Of a stretch of 20,000 nucleotides of DNA, positions 1 to 8,299 are shown one piece after another (position 1 is the first letter of the stretch; every line of letters starts with the position of its first letter). Origin of the DNA: an uncultured virus (IMG/VR IMGVR_UViG_3300033141_004351) (taxonomy: Duplodnaviria > Heunggongvirae > Uroviricota > Caudoviricetes); IMG/VR virus record IMGVR_UViG_3300033141_004351; one strand, written 5' to 3'. The notes below the pieces were generated by a model that was not told the DNA's origin, did no database searches, and was given only the letters and a program-made list of their open reading frames with translations. Position numbers and translations under genes: made by a program.

Positions 1-54
1 ATTTTACGGAGCTTTTCTTTTTTCTAATAACTTTTTTTCTAATTGGAGGGCATT

Positions 55-450
55 ATGGGTGACACTCATTTATCAGGACCGCTGCTCGTAGAGGCTGGAA
101 TAGAAGGTGCGAGGTTGTTTGCAACTGAAGGTGTGAAGAAGGTAGCAACGGTATATGCTGCTAATGTGGCTTTGGGCGATGTGGACTTTCCGACCGATTA
201 TATTGAGCTGGATGGGACTCTTGCTGCTGTCGGGATTACCGAATTTACCCCGACGCCCGGCAAGACGTACGTTTTTGTATGCTCAAACTCTACTGAGGCG
301 ACGACACTAACGGCTTCTTCCGGTGTAACGTTGGACGGGACTAACGATGTGGTGACTTTTGTGGCCGCAAACGATATTCTGGTATTGTTTGCAGTTTCTG
401 CGACCAAATGTTTGGTTGTGGCTAATCCGCAGACGCTGACATTCAGTTAA
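55..450 (+). CDS. Putative virion structural protein (capsid decoration/fibre-like), 131 aa
   Basis: GGAGG RBS at 45-49 precedes ATG 55, which is preferred over TTG 43. The N-terminus MGDTHLSGP resembles the 'MG.THFSGP' start of small phage structural proteins. The sequence is T/V/A-rich and beta-like. Confidence 0.5.
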   Translation: MGDTHLSGPLLVEAGIEGARLFATEGVKKVATVYAANVALGDVDFPTDYIELDGTLAAVGITEFTPTPGKTYVFVCSNSTEATTLTASSGVTLDGTNDVVTFVAANDILVLFAVSATKCLVVANPQTLTFS

Positions 451-451
451 A

Positions 452-790
452 ATGAAGCGTTACGGGGCTATACTGGCAATTTTAGGATCTCTGGTTGTCC
501 TGGGATCCGTGGTGGTGGGCGCTTATACTCAATTTACGACGAAAGAGCGCCACGTTTTAGATCACCAGGCCCAACAACTGGAAATTGCCGGTGTTTCGTT
601 ATTCCAACAGCAGGTCAGCACCCAGCAGCAGATTAAATGGTTGGAACAGGATCTTAGGGAATATTATAGAAAGTACGGGAAACCACCGTATTCTGATCCC
701 GAGGTCCAGCTTGACTATGAAAAACTGAAGCGGGATCTGGACGACGAAAGAGCTGCCCTGCGGGATATACGCAATAAGATTAAAAAATAA
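452..790 (+). CDS. Hypothetical membrane-anchored protein (N-terminal TM helix, C-terminal coiled coil); possibly lysis-related
   Basis: MKRYG followed by the hydrophobic stretch AILAILGSLVVLGSVVVGAY; the charged helical C-terminus ends in RNKIKK. Starts 2 nt after the previous stop. Confidence 0.5.
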   Translation: MKRYGAILAILGSLVVLGSVVVGAYTQFTTKERHVLDHQAQQLEIAGVSLFQQQVSTQQQIKWLEQDLREYYRKYGKPPYSDPEVQLDYEKLKRDLDDERAALRDIRNKIKK

Positions 791-801
791 AGGAGCGCAT
801 A

Positions 802-1023
802 ATGCATATAAATGATAAAGATGATAACTGGCAACATCGATCAGAGCGTATGCGTTGCAGCACTTGTATGTGGTGGGTTAAAAAAAGCTCTCTTTCTGAA
901 AATCCTACCACCGGGGCAGAAATCGGTCGTTGTCGCAAAGGGGCACCAACGATGTGCGGATGGCCGGTATTATTTGCTACCGACTGGTGTGGGCAGCACA
1001 AATTGGACGAAACTAAAATATAG
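802..1023 (+). CDS. Small four-cysteine metal-binding phage protein (CxxC...GxCR...P...WP.....WCG.H)
   Basis: AAGGAG RBS. The motifs CSTCMWW, GRCRKGAP, GWPVL and DWCGQH match a pattern common in small phage proteins, often labelled HiPIP-like. Confidence 0.65.
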   Translation: MHINDKDDNWQHRSERMRCSTCMWWVKKSSLSENPTTGAEIGRCRKGAPTMCGWPVLFATDWCGQHKLDETKI

Positions 1024-1034
1024 GAGATTAACCT

Positions 1035-1262
1035 ATGGGTTATGACGTAAAAGCCTGGCTGTCGAATAAAATTTTTGGCGGCGGCGAAAGGGGCGAGGAT
1101 CCCCAGGAGGGTGTTTCCGGGTATATGAAGCCCAAGGCCGGTGTGACAAGGAAGTTGGACGAGGCTGGCGATATTAGCGGGCCTCCTCCGCGCAGAGGCG
1201 ACACTGATGGCGATTATGATACATACACTGAAGACCGCAACCTGGATGAAGACGAAGATTAA
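1035..1262 (+). CDS. Hypothetical acidic, probably disordered protein
   Basis: AGGAG RBS at 1022-1026; D/E-rich C-terminus; stop overlaps the next start (TAATG). Confidence 0.6.
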   Translation: MGYDVKAWLSNKIFGGGERGEDPQEGVSGYMKPKAGVTRKLDEAGDISGPPPRRGDTDGDYDTYTEDRNLDEDED

Positions 1263-1480
1263 TGCGAGGGATTAGCCTTTATTTACATAATGGGCAACCG
1301 CGGCAGCTTCAACGAGTGTCGGCATCCCTGAAACCGGCTGTTGGACTGTATGAAATAAAAAAGTCAGCGCCAGCGGGAAGTTTAGCCAGTCGAAAAGCTC
1401 TGGCCCCAAAACGACAGTCGAGGGCGAAACGTAGCCAGACTGGAGCTTTGCCTGGCTGGCATCGTAAACGGAAGTGGTAA
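1262..1480 (+). CDS. Hypothetical basic protein
   Basis: TAATG coupling to the upstream gene; fills the gap up to the ATG at 1482; K/R-rich. Confidence 0.5.
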   Translation: MRGISLYLHNGQPRQLQRVSASLKPAVGLYEIKKSAPAGSLASRKALAPKRQSRAKRSQTGALPGWHRKRKW

Positions 1481-1481
1481 T

Positions 1482-1748
1482 ATGGGCAAAATAGAACATC
1501 TTGACATTTTTGATAAAACCGGATTCAGAAAGAATGTCGCGGATTTCGTTAAGGAATATGATTCGGACAATCTTGAGGCCATAGCCATTATGTACCGGCG
1601 CAAAGATGGCAGTATCCGAACTTACTGGAATGGCAATCCAGGGGAAATGTTGATTTTAAATGCAATCTTTAAAAGAGATGTTGTTGAAGACCGGTTTCCG
1701 GTTGATGACAACGCTTCTATCGATTTTGACAGTATGGACGAAGAATAA
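1482..1748 (+). CDS. Hypothetical protein directly upstream of terminase
   Basis: 88-aa ORF with an acidic tail and a TAATG overlap with terL. Not recognisable as a terminase small subunit. Confidence 0.65.
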   Translation: MGKIEHLDIFDKTGFRKNVADFVKEYDSDNLEAIAIMYRRKDGSIRTYWNGNPGEMLILNAIFKRDVVEDRFPVDDNASIDFDSMDEE

Positions 1749-3226
1749 TGGGTGAACCTGCTATCCAAATAGATCCAATGCAGCGTAAAAAACTGCGGAT
1801 CGAACAGAAAATTGCCAAGGCTAAGACGCGACAAGCTTTGGCATTGCAGGGACAAATTCGGTATCGCAAAGAAAACGAGATCGAGTTTTTTATCAGGCCC
1901 AATCCGCGCCAGGAGGAATTGCTGGAAGCCTGGACCCATCCGAGCTTTAAGGTTTTTACGTTTACCGGTGGCAATCGTCTGGGGAAAACGACAATCGGTA
2001 CGATTATTGCGATAGCAACTATGAGAGGTCGCTGGCCATGGAACAACCTGAAACTGCCATTCATGCACAATCAAATCAGGAAGATCAGATATGTTGGTCA
2101 GGACTGGGAAAAGCATATTCGCAGCGTTATTATACCGGCGCTTAAAAAATGGTGGCCCAGTCGGGTTCCCGTTAAGGTTCTCAAAAATCAGCACGGAATT
2201 GAAGCTTACTGGGAAGATCTGGACAATGGGTCTACGCTGGAGGTAATGAGCAACAAGCAGGATGTGGAACTTCACGAAGGTTGGGAGGGAGATCTTATAG
2301 TTTACGATGAACCGCCCAAGCGTAATATTCGGGTGGCCAATGCTCGTGGATTGATTGATCGCCAGGGGCGTGAGCTGTTTTGTGCCACACTTCTTAAAGA
2401 GGCATGGATCGATAAAGAGGTTATTAAAAAGAAGCTGGAGGACGGACGACCAGATCCCACTGTGTTTAATGTGCATGGTGAAATCTATGACAATGTGGGT
2501 TTTGGATTAACTTCCCAGGGTGTGGCTGATTTTGAGTCAAAGCTTAATCCGGAAGAAAAAGAAGCTCGGCTAAAAGGTATTCCGAGCTATATGTCCGGGC
2601 TGATCGCCAAAAGTTATAATCGCCAACGCAATGTGGTTGAACCTTTTACCATCCCAACGAACTGGTTGGTTGATATTGGGATCGATACTCACCCGCGCAA
2701 ACCGCAGGCACTTTTATTTATGGCTACGGATGAAAGAAATTTCAGGTACCTGTTTCATGAAATCTGGGATCCGGGTAGTGGTCACGATATCGGGGACTGG
2801 ATTGTCAGGATTATGAAAAGACGTGTACTGCGAATTAATCGAATTATCTGTGATCCACTTGCCAAGGGAGATCCCAATAACGACAATACGACCTTTGATA
2901 AAATTGCCGAAAAACTTTTTCCCTATGATATTATTCTGGAAACTGCTACAAAGGATAAAGACTCTGGAATTATCGAGATGAATGACCACTTGCTGGGTCC
3001 AAACAAAATGCCCAGTTTGTTTATATTCAATACGCTTATCCGCACTATTGACGAAATCGAGGGTTGGATGTATGGTGATGACGGAAAGCCGGTTAAAGAA
3101 GATGACGATTTTATGGAAAATCTGTATCGGATGCTTTTGTTGGATACGGAGTATGTGCCACCCGAAGATGAAGTTGACGAAGAAGAAGCAGATAACGATA
3201 CTATTAACCCAATAACGGGGTATTAA
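1748..3226 (+). CDS. terL: Terminase large subunit
   Basis: Q-motif (PNPRQ), Walker A GGNRLGKT, Walker B LIVYDE, coupling motif AT. RNase H-like nuclease motifs GIDTHP, ICDP and DDFME. Lies immediately upstream of the portal. Confidence 0.93.
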   Translation: MGEPAIQIDPMQRKKLRIEQKIAKAKTRQALALQGQIRYRKENEIEFFIRPNPRQEELLEAWTHPSFKVFTFTGGNRLGKTTIGTIIAIATMRGRWPWNNLKLPFMHNQIRKIRYVGQDWEKHIRSVIIPALKKWWPSRVPVKVLKNQHGIEAYWEDLDNGSTLEVMSNKQDVELHEGWEGDLIVYDEPPKRNIRVANARGLIDRQGRELFCATLLKEAWIDKEVIKKKLEDGRPDPTVFNVHGEIYDNVGFGLTSQGVADFESKLNPEEKEARLKGIPSYMSGLIAKSYNRQRNVVEPFTIPTNWLVDIGIDTHPRKPQALLFMATDERNFRYLFHEIWDPGSGHDIGDWIVRIMKRRVLRINRIICDPLAKGDPNNDNTTFDKIAEKLFPYDIILETATKDKDSGIIEMNDHLLGPNKMPSLFIFNTLIRTIDEIEGWMYGDDGKPVKEDDDFMENLYRMLLLDTEYVPPEDEVDEEEADNDTINPITGY

Positions 3227-3228
3227 TA

Positions 3229-5418
3229 ATGCCAGCTGCAACAACCACCAGGAATCCAATGGATACAAGCCAGCTTCCAACAGAAGATGTGCCGATAGAA
3301 GAAGCCGAGCTGCCTTCACACGAAGGTGTTGATATTTTAGATATGATGCTTCAGGCGGAAAATGTTGCCGAGGAGCTAACCGAGACTGAACTTTTAACCA
3401 TTGGCCGTACAGTGAAAGACGAATATCAGATCGACAAAGACTCAAGATCCGACTGGGAAAAACGGATGGTAGATGCCCTGAAGCTGGCACGCCAGCTGAG
3501 AGCGACAAAAACCTGGGGCGGAGAAGTAACCTCAAATATTAAATACCCGTTAATTTCTACAGCCTGTATTCAGTTTTCATCCAGAGCCTATGGTAATATT
3601 GTTAAGGGTGAAGATTACGTTAAGGTTAATGTGTTCGGAGCTGACGAAAGCGGAGAGAAGAAAAAACGGGCAGAGCGCGTGAGGGTTCATATGAACGCCC
3701 AGCTGTCGGCTGCCACTACCGGATGGGAAGACGAGATGGACCAGTTGTTGATTTCCATGCCGCTTTTAGGCTGTGCCTTCAAGAAAACCTATCGAAACTT
3801 TATCGATAACACTACAATTTCCGAATATGTGGATCCTGAACAGCTGATAGTTAACTATTGGGCTAAGTCTATGGAGACGGCTCCCAGGGCTACGCATGTT
3901 GTTGAGTTGACCAAAAACAGCTATTTAGAGCATACTCGATCCGGTTTATGGCGTGACGCTGGCATTGAGAATAAACAACCGGATACCTCTGAAGATGAAA
4001 AGAAAAATAAAAATGATAATGTTCAGGATACTGAAGCTACCTATATATTTTTAGAGCAACACCGTTGGCTGGATCTGGACGGTGACGGTTATAAAGAGCC
4101 CTATATTGTAACAATTCATAAAGCGTCACAGGAAGTGATGCGGATTGTTCCGCGCTTTAGAGCGACTTCTGTTCTTCGCAATTCCAACAATGAAATCATT
4201 AAGATTATACCTGATCAGTATTTTACCCGTTATCTTTTCTTTCCGGACTTTGATGCTAACTTTTATGGTCTGGGTTTCGGAATCCTGCTTTCTCCAGTCA
4301 ATGAAACCGTTAATTCAATTATAAACCAGTTGCTTGACTCTGGTACAATTCAAAATCGCCAGTCCGGCTTTATTAATCGCGGAATCCGCTTAATGAAAGC
4401 CGGTGGATCAGGATCGGTTAAATTTAAAGCTGGTGAATGGAAATTTATTAAATCCGCAGGAGACGACCTGCGTAAAAGCATTTTCCCCCTGCCTACCAAA
4501 GAGCCGTCGGCTACGCTGTTTCAATTGTTAGGACTAATGTTAGAGGCCGCCAAGGACCTGGCCTCACAAGCAGAAGTTCTGTCGGGAGAGCAGCGTCAGC
4601 CGAATGTGCCCGCTACCACTACTCTGGCATTGATCGAGCAGGGGCTTAAGGTTTTTTCTTCAATTTATAAAAGGATTCATCGAGCGCTGAAAAGTGAATT
4701 TATTAAAATTCAACGCTTGAACATGCTTTATACCACCCCTGAAGAATATAATCGGATTCTTGATCTTTACGACGAAGGGGAATTTGATCCCAGGATTGAT
4801 TATGATCCTTCCGATCTGGACATTGGACCGGTAAGTTCCACAGCTGATGTTTCCGATACTCAAAAAATTATAAAGGCTGAAGCCTTGATGCAGGTTATGG
4901 GCAAGGGCCTGGACGACCAGAAAATCCTGTATCGATATTTAGACGCGATTCAGATAGATAACTGGAAAGAGTTAATACCTGAAGAACCGCCACCCAATAT
5001 TCCTTTAATTATGCACCAACAGCAGATGTCTATCGAAATGGCCAAGGTTCAACAGGCCGAAAGAAAGCTGGACTTAGAGGAAAAAGAGGTAATGATAAAA
5101 GATGCTGAGACCTTTTACAAAATGGTCAAGCTTCAGGCAGAGGCAGTTAAAGCTATGGCCCTGGCCGAAGCGGCAGAGATGGGGCCACAGATAGAAGAAT
5201 ATAAAACACAGGTCGGTCATTTGGCCGCTGTGATTAATGCTAAAAGGGTGGATCTGGAAGCAGATCTTAAAAAGAAACAATACGAGGATCAACAGCGCAG
5301 AGAAGCGCAGCAAGGTGGTGGCCAACAGGGTGCCGGAGAAGGACAGCCGATGCCACCAGGAGGCATGCCACAGCAAGGAGGAGCAGGTGCAGCAGTCCAA
5401 CCAGGAGGAGCTATCTAA
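3229..5418 (+). CDS. Portal protein
   Basis: 729 aa after terL. Motifs SRSDWE, GCAFKKTY, LEQHRWLDLDGDGYKEPYIVT, FYGLGFG, INQLLDSGT, KEPSATLFQLLG and ATTTLALIEQGLKVFSSIYKR are typical of podovirus-type portals. Long helical and Q/G/P-rich C-terminus. Confidence 0.92.
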   Translation: MPAATTTRNPMDTSQLPTEDVPIEEAELPSHEGVDILDMMLQAENVAEELTETELLTIGRTVKDEYQIDKDSRSDWEKRMVDALKLARQLRATKTWGGEVTSNIKYPLISTACIQFSSRAYGNIVKGEDYVKVNVFGADESGEKKKRAERVRVHMNAQLSAATTGWEDEMDQLLISMPLLGCAFKKTYRNFIDNTTISEYVDPEQLIVNYWAKSMETAPRATHVVELTKNSYLEHTRSGLWRDAGIENKQPDTSEDEKKNKNDNVQDTEATYIFLEQHRWLDLDGDGYKEPYIVTIHKASQEVMRIVPRFRATSVLRNSNNEIIKIIPDQYFTRYLFFPDFDANFYGLGFGILLSPVNETVNSIINQLLDSGTIQNRQSGFINRGIRLMKAGGSGSVKFKAGEWKFIKSAGDDLRKSIFPLPTKEPSATLFQLLGLMLEAAKDLASQAEVLSGEQRQPNVPATTTLALIEQGLKVFSSIYKRIHRALKSEFIKIQRLNMLYTTPEEYNRILDLYDEGEFDPRIDYDPSDLDIGPVSSTADVSDTQKIIKAEALMQVMGKGLDDQKILYRYLDAIQIDNWKELIPEEPPPNIPLIMHQQQMSIEMAKVQQAERKLDLEEKEVMIKDAETFYKMVKLQAEAVKAMALAEAAEMGPQIEEYKTQVGHLAAVINAKRVDLEADLKKKQYEDQQRREAQQGGGQQGAGEGQPMPPGGMPQQGGAGAAVQPGGAI

Positions 5419-5653
5419 GGAAAGTTTCGGTTTGTGGAAAACACTGCCGATCACAAACGAGATTCTTAAAGGACTTCGGGAAGAAAAGCGTCTATTACAG
5501 ATAACGCTTAGTACCGGCCAATCTCTTTTGGGTGACGCTGGAGCCACAGCTGAAAAGACAGCCGAGTTAGTCGGCATGATTAAGGGGATTGATTTAGTGT
5601 TAAATATTGAATATGAGGATGGGGAAGGAGGAACTTATGGATTGTCCGATTGA
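5387..5653 (+). CDS. Small conserved hypothetical protein between portal and GroES (about 88 aa)
   Basis: AAGGAGG (5375-5381) precedes an in-frame GTG at 5387, which is more plausible than the 5237 start deep inside the portal. Contains F..WK..P.T and G.I.G....L motifs. Confidence 0.65.
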   Translation: MQQSNQEELSKESFGLWKTLPITNEILKGLREEKRLLQITLSTGQSLLGDAGATAEKTAELVGMIKGIDLVLNIEYEDGEGGTYGLSD

Positions 5654-5987
5654 TCCGGAAGGAACTAAGGTAGTGATTGTGCCCGACAAGGTTGGGGAAA
5701 AGACAGCCGGTGGGCTTATTATTGTACCATCAGGTACACGGCAGCAGGAGCAAAACGCTGTTACCCAGGGTACGCTGGTGGCCATTGGCCCCAGAGCTGA
5801 AATCTGTTGGAATAACGGAGATGGCAAGGAGATAGCGGCAAAGATAGGCGATAGGGTTATTTATGCCAGATACGGTGGCACGCAGTTTAACTGGGGGAAG
5901 AAGACTTTTCAACTTCTTCAGGACCAGGATGTAGTGGGCAAAATGCTGGAAGAACCGCCAGCCGTTGATCTTGTCTTAAAACAATAA
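5637..5987 (+). CDS. groES: Phage-encoded co-chaperonin GroES (Cpn10)-like protein
   Basis: AAGGAGG RBS before ATG 5637. Cpn10 motifs: P.G.KVVI, mobile loop EKTAGGLIIVP, GTLVAIGP, KIGDRVIYARYGGT, LLQDQDVVG. Confidence 0.9.
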   Translation: MDCPIDPEGTKVVIVPDKVGEKTAGGLIIVPSGTRQQEQNAVTQGTLVAIGPRAEICWNNGDGKEIAAKIGDRVIYARYGGTQFNWGKKTFQLLQDQDVVGKMLEEPPAVDLVLKQ

Positions 5988-5999
5988 AGGAGAGGAATT

Positions 6000-6920
6000 A
6001 TGGATGGATTACAAGGAGAAGCAGCGCCGGAGGTTATAGTTACTACCGGCGACAAACCCCTTGCCGGAGACGGCACTGGGGTGCAAAAAGAAGCAGGGGG
6101 TGGAGAGAAACAGTATGGTGAAGTCGAGGTTCTGGCAATGAAGATGGGTTGGAATCCGGAGCATGACGAAAACTCCGGTAGACCATTTAAGAGCGCTGAT
6201 CAGTATATCATAGATTCAAAACAGATCCAGGATACTACCGTAAAGACGCTCAATTCTTTAAAGGCCACTAACGAGGAACTGGTGGCTGGTATGCAGAACT
6301 TAAAGACGACCTATACTAAAGTTGCTAAAGTAGAACAGGCCAGAATCGACAACGAGATTGCAAATCTTAAGGAAAAGCGGGATGTGCATATCGAAAATTC
6401 TGACAAGGGGAAAGTCAAAGAAGTCGATGGCCAAATTGAAAATTTGCAAAAATCGAAAAAAGACATGGACGAGCCGGCTGCACAGCAGCAAGCTCAGCAA
6501 CAGACAGGAACGGGAGACTTTAAAGCAAAATCCGCACAGTGGATGGCTGAAAACTCCTGGTACGGCAAAAATACAGAGATGACAAACTATATAGATGCTC
6601 AAAGTGAGCGCTTTAGAGGTTTGCCGGACGATACTTATTTTGAGAAACTGTCCGAAGTTGCCATAACCATGTTTCCAGAAGCATTTAAAGGAAAAGCTTT
6701 GTCAGGCCAGAAGGTAGTTACTGGCCAGCAAAATCAGCAACAGACTGTAGTTGGTGGGCAGACCCGCCAAACCGGTCCTGGAGCTAAACAAAAATATACC
6801 ATTAATGATCTGTCGCCCGATCAGCAGAAGTTTGCCAGGTTTTATGAAAAACAAAAGGTGATGACAGTGCAGGAGTATGTGGACGAACAGGTCAAAATAG
6901 GTAACATCATAGGAAGGTAG
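6000..6920 (+). CDS. Putative capsid scaffolding protein
   Basis: Located between portal and capsid genes. AMKMGWNP motif, long charged coiled coil, W..ENSWYG motif, Q-rich linkers and a C-terminal helix-turn-helix-like segment (DLSPDQQKFA...EYV). Confidence 0.75.
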   Translation: MDGLQGEAAPEVIVTTGDKPLAGDGTGVQKEAGGGEKQYGEVEVLAMKMGWNPEHDENSGRPFKSADQYIIDSKQIQDTTVKTLNSLKATNEELVAGMQNLKTTYTKVAKVEQARIDNEIANLKEKRDVHIENSDKGKVKEVDGQIENLQKSKKDMDEPAAQQQAQQQTGTGDFKAKSAQWMAENSWYGKNTEMTNYIDAQSERFRGLPDDTYFEKLSEVAITMFPEAFKGKALSGQKVVTGQQNQQQTVVGGQTRQTGPGAKQKYTINDLSPDQQKFARFYEKQKVMTVQEYVDEQVKIGNIIGR

Positions 6921-6944
6921 CCGTAAAGACGGCGAGGAGGAATT

Positions 6945-7586
6945 GTGGACCAAGAAAACCAAGAACACAAAATAGTGCTTCGTACAAATGGCTTACCATT
7001 TGCCACAGCAAGGGCAGCGGATTTGCGTATTGCTGCTATGGCCAAGCAGGGTAAAGATTATCAGAGGATCCCCTGGACGGCGCAGGACGACGGAAAACCG
7101 GTTGAGGGCTATGCTCTTGAGCGTATTGATTCCGAAGTGCGTCGGAAAGAAAGGATCCCTGTAGGACAAAGGAATCGGCTAACAGCGCCGAGACGGCCAG
7201 GCTATAAACGCAGATTTGTGAATGTTCAACCAGGCAGAGTCCAAATGTTTGAGGATGCAGGATATCAGATGGTTACCGACCAAACTTATGATCCGGATAA
7301 TCCCGGGGTAATAAAGGCCGGAAGCCAACCGAGAGGAACGACACCACTTGGATCTGCGGTTGTAGAGGAAGTTGGCGGTGGTCAACAGGCTGTTTTAATG
7401 GAGATACGGGAAGACTGGTTCAATGAAGATCAGGCGAGAAAAGCAAGACGCCTGGACGAAATGGAAGCTCAAATTAAACGTAGACCTAAAAAAAATGGCC
7501 ACTATGGGAGTGTTAAAGCTGAATCAGCCATGACCCCTCCGCCGAAAGATGTGGCGGATATAGATATGGATCAGGGACATTTTTGA
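6945..7586 (+). CDS. Conserved hypothetical head-module protein
   Basis: GAGGAGG RBS with GTG start. The R-rich motif RPGYKRRFVN..GR...F.DAGY and the AVLMEI..DWF.EDQ motif are typical of the gene following scaffolds in this type of phage. Confidence 0.7.
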   Translation: MDQENQEHKIVLRTNGLPFATARAADLRIAAMAKQGKDYQRIPWTAQDDGKPVEGYALERIDSEVRRKERIPVGQRNRLTAPRRPGYKRRFVNVQPGRVQMFEDAGYQMVTDQTYDPDNPGVIKAGSQPRGTTPLGSAVVEEVGGGQQAVLMEIREDWFNEDQARKARRLDEMEAQIKRRPKKNGHYGSVKAESAMTPPPKDVADIDMDQGHF

Positions 7587-7632
7587 TTGTTTTATACTTT
7601 TGCAGCTGGCCGTGAAGTAGGAGGTAAAAATT

Positions 7633-8226
7633 ATGGCTAATATTGATCGTCCAAGAGGGCTACGTCCGGTCAAGCATATGAACGGAAATCCCTATAATGG
7701 CGAAATAAATCCTTACTTTGTGCCAGCATCCGATGCAGTAGCACTTTTCATTGGTGATCCGGTAACTCTTGCCGGAGCAGCCGATGCGTCAGGTAAATAC
7801 CCCACTGTAAAACAAGCAGTGGCGGGTACGACCAACCTGATCGCCGGTGTTGTTATGGGCTTTGGTCTCACACCAGAGATCGCAGCTATGGTTAACAGCC
7901 TTGAAAAGCGCTATCGTCTTGCCAATGAAGATATGTATGTCTTTGTGGCAGACGACATGGATCTTATTTTTGAGATCCAGGAGGTCTCCGGAGGAACGGC
8001 ATTAACCGCTGCCCAAATCGGGAACAATGCACCGATTGTAGTTGGCAGTGGGAACGTTGACACGGGACTTTCCGGCGTAGAACTGAATAACGTCGGAGAG
8101 ACAGCTGCCACTGAACAGATCAGAATCTTACGCCTGGCACCAGGTTTGGATAATGAGCTGGGCGAACATGCCAAGTGGTGGGTATTTATTAACGAACACG
8201 CATTTAACCAGGAGCTTGGGGTTTAA
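7633..8226 (+). CDS. Putative capsid decoration/minor capsid protein
   Basis: AGGAGG RBS. N-terminus MANIDRPRGLRPV...GNPYNG plus ALFIGDPV, V.DD.DLIFEIQ and V.INEH motifs. Directly upstream of the MCP. Confidence 0.7.
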   Translation: MANIDRPRGLRPVKHMNGNPYNGEINPYFVPASDAVALFIGDPVTLAGAADASGKYPTVKQAVAGTTNLIAGVVMGFGLTPEIAAMVNSLEKRYRLANEDMYVFVADDMDLIFEIQEVSGGTALTAAQIGNNAPIVVGSGNVDTGLSGVELNNVGETAATEQIRILRLAPGLDNELGEHAKWWVFINEHAFNQELGV

Positions 8227-8254
8227 CCTGGCGAACCGATAAGGGAGGTATGTT

Positions 8255-8299
8255 ATGCCTGTTATTACAACTGGATCATTCGCCAAGGACCTATGGCCT
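8255..8299 (+). CDS. Major capsid protein, exon 1 (MPVITTGSFAKDLWP)
   Basis: Strong RBS AGGGAGG at 8242-8248 and ATG at 8255. Fifteen codons ending in CCT, whose U forms the U.G pair of intron P1. Joins in frame to GGC GTT AAC at 9145, giving AKDLWP|GVNKWYG. Confidence 0.88.

Noticed and set aside
812..1045. Overlapping ORF and A7 run (880-886) as a programmed frameshift in the Cys4 gene
   Set aside because: The 802-1023 frame already holds the complete motif and has the RBS. The A-run is not a properly phased slippery heptamer in that frame.
1622..3535. Long minus-strand ORFs (1622-2476, 284 aa; 2714-3535, 273 aa) and the other antisense ORFs in the track
   Set aside because: They lie antisense to well-supported genes, carry no recognisable motifs, and are typical shadow ORFs.
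5237..5386. Extended N-terminus of the post-portal ORF (138-aa version)
   Set aside because: It would overlap the portal by about 180 nt with no RBS; GTG 5387 has an AAGGAGG RBS.
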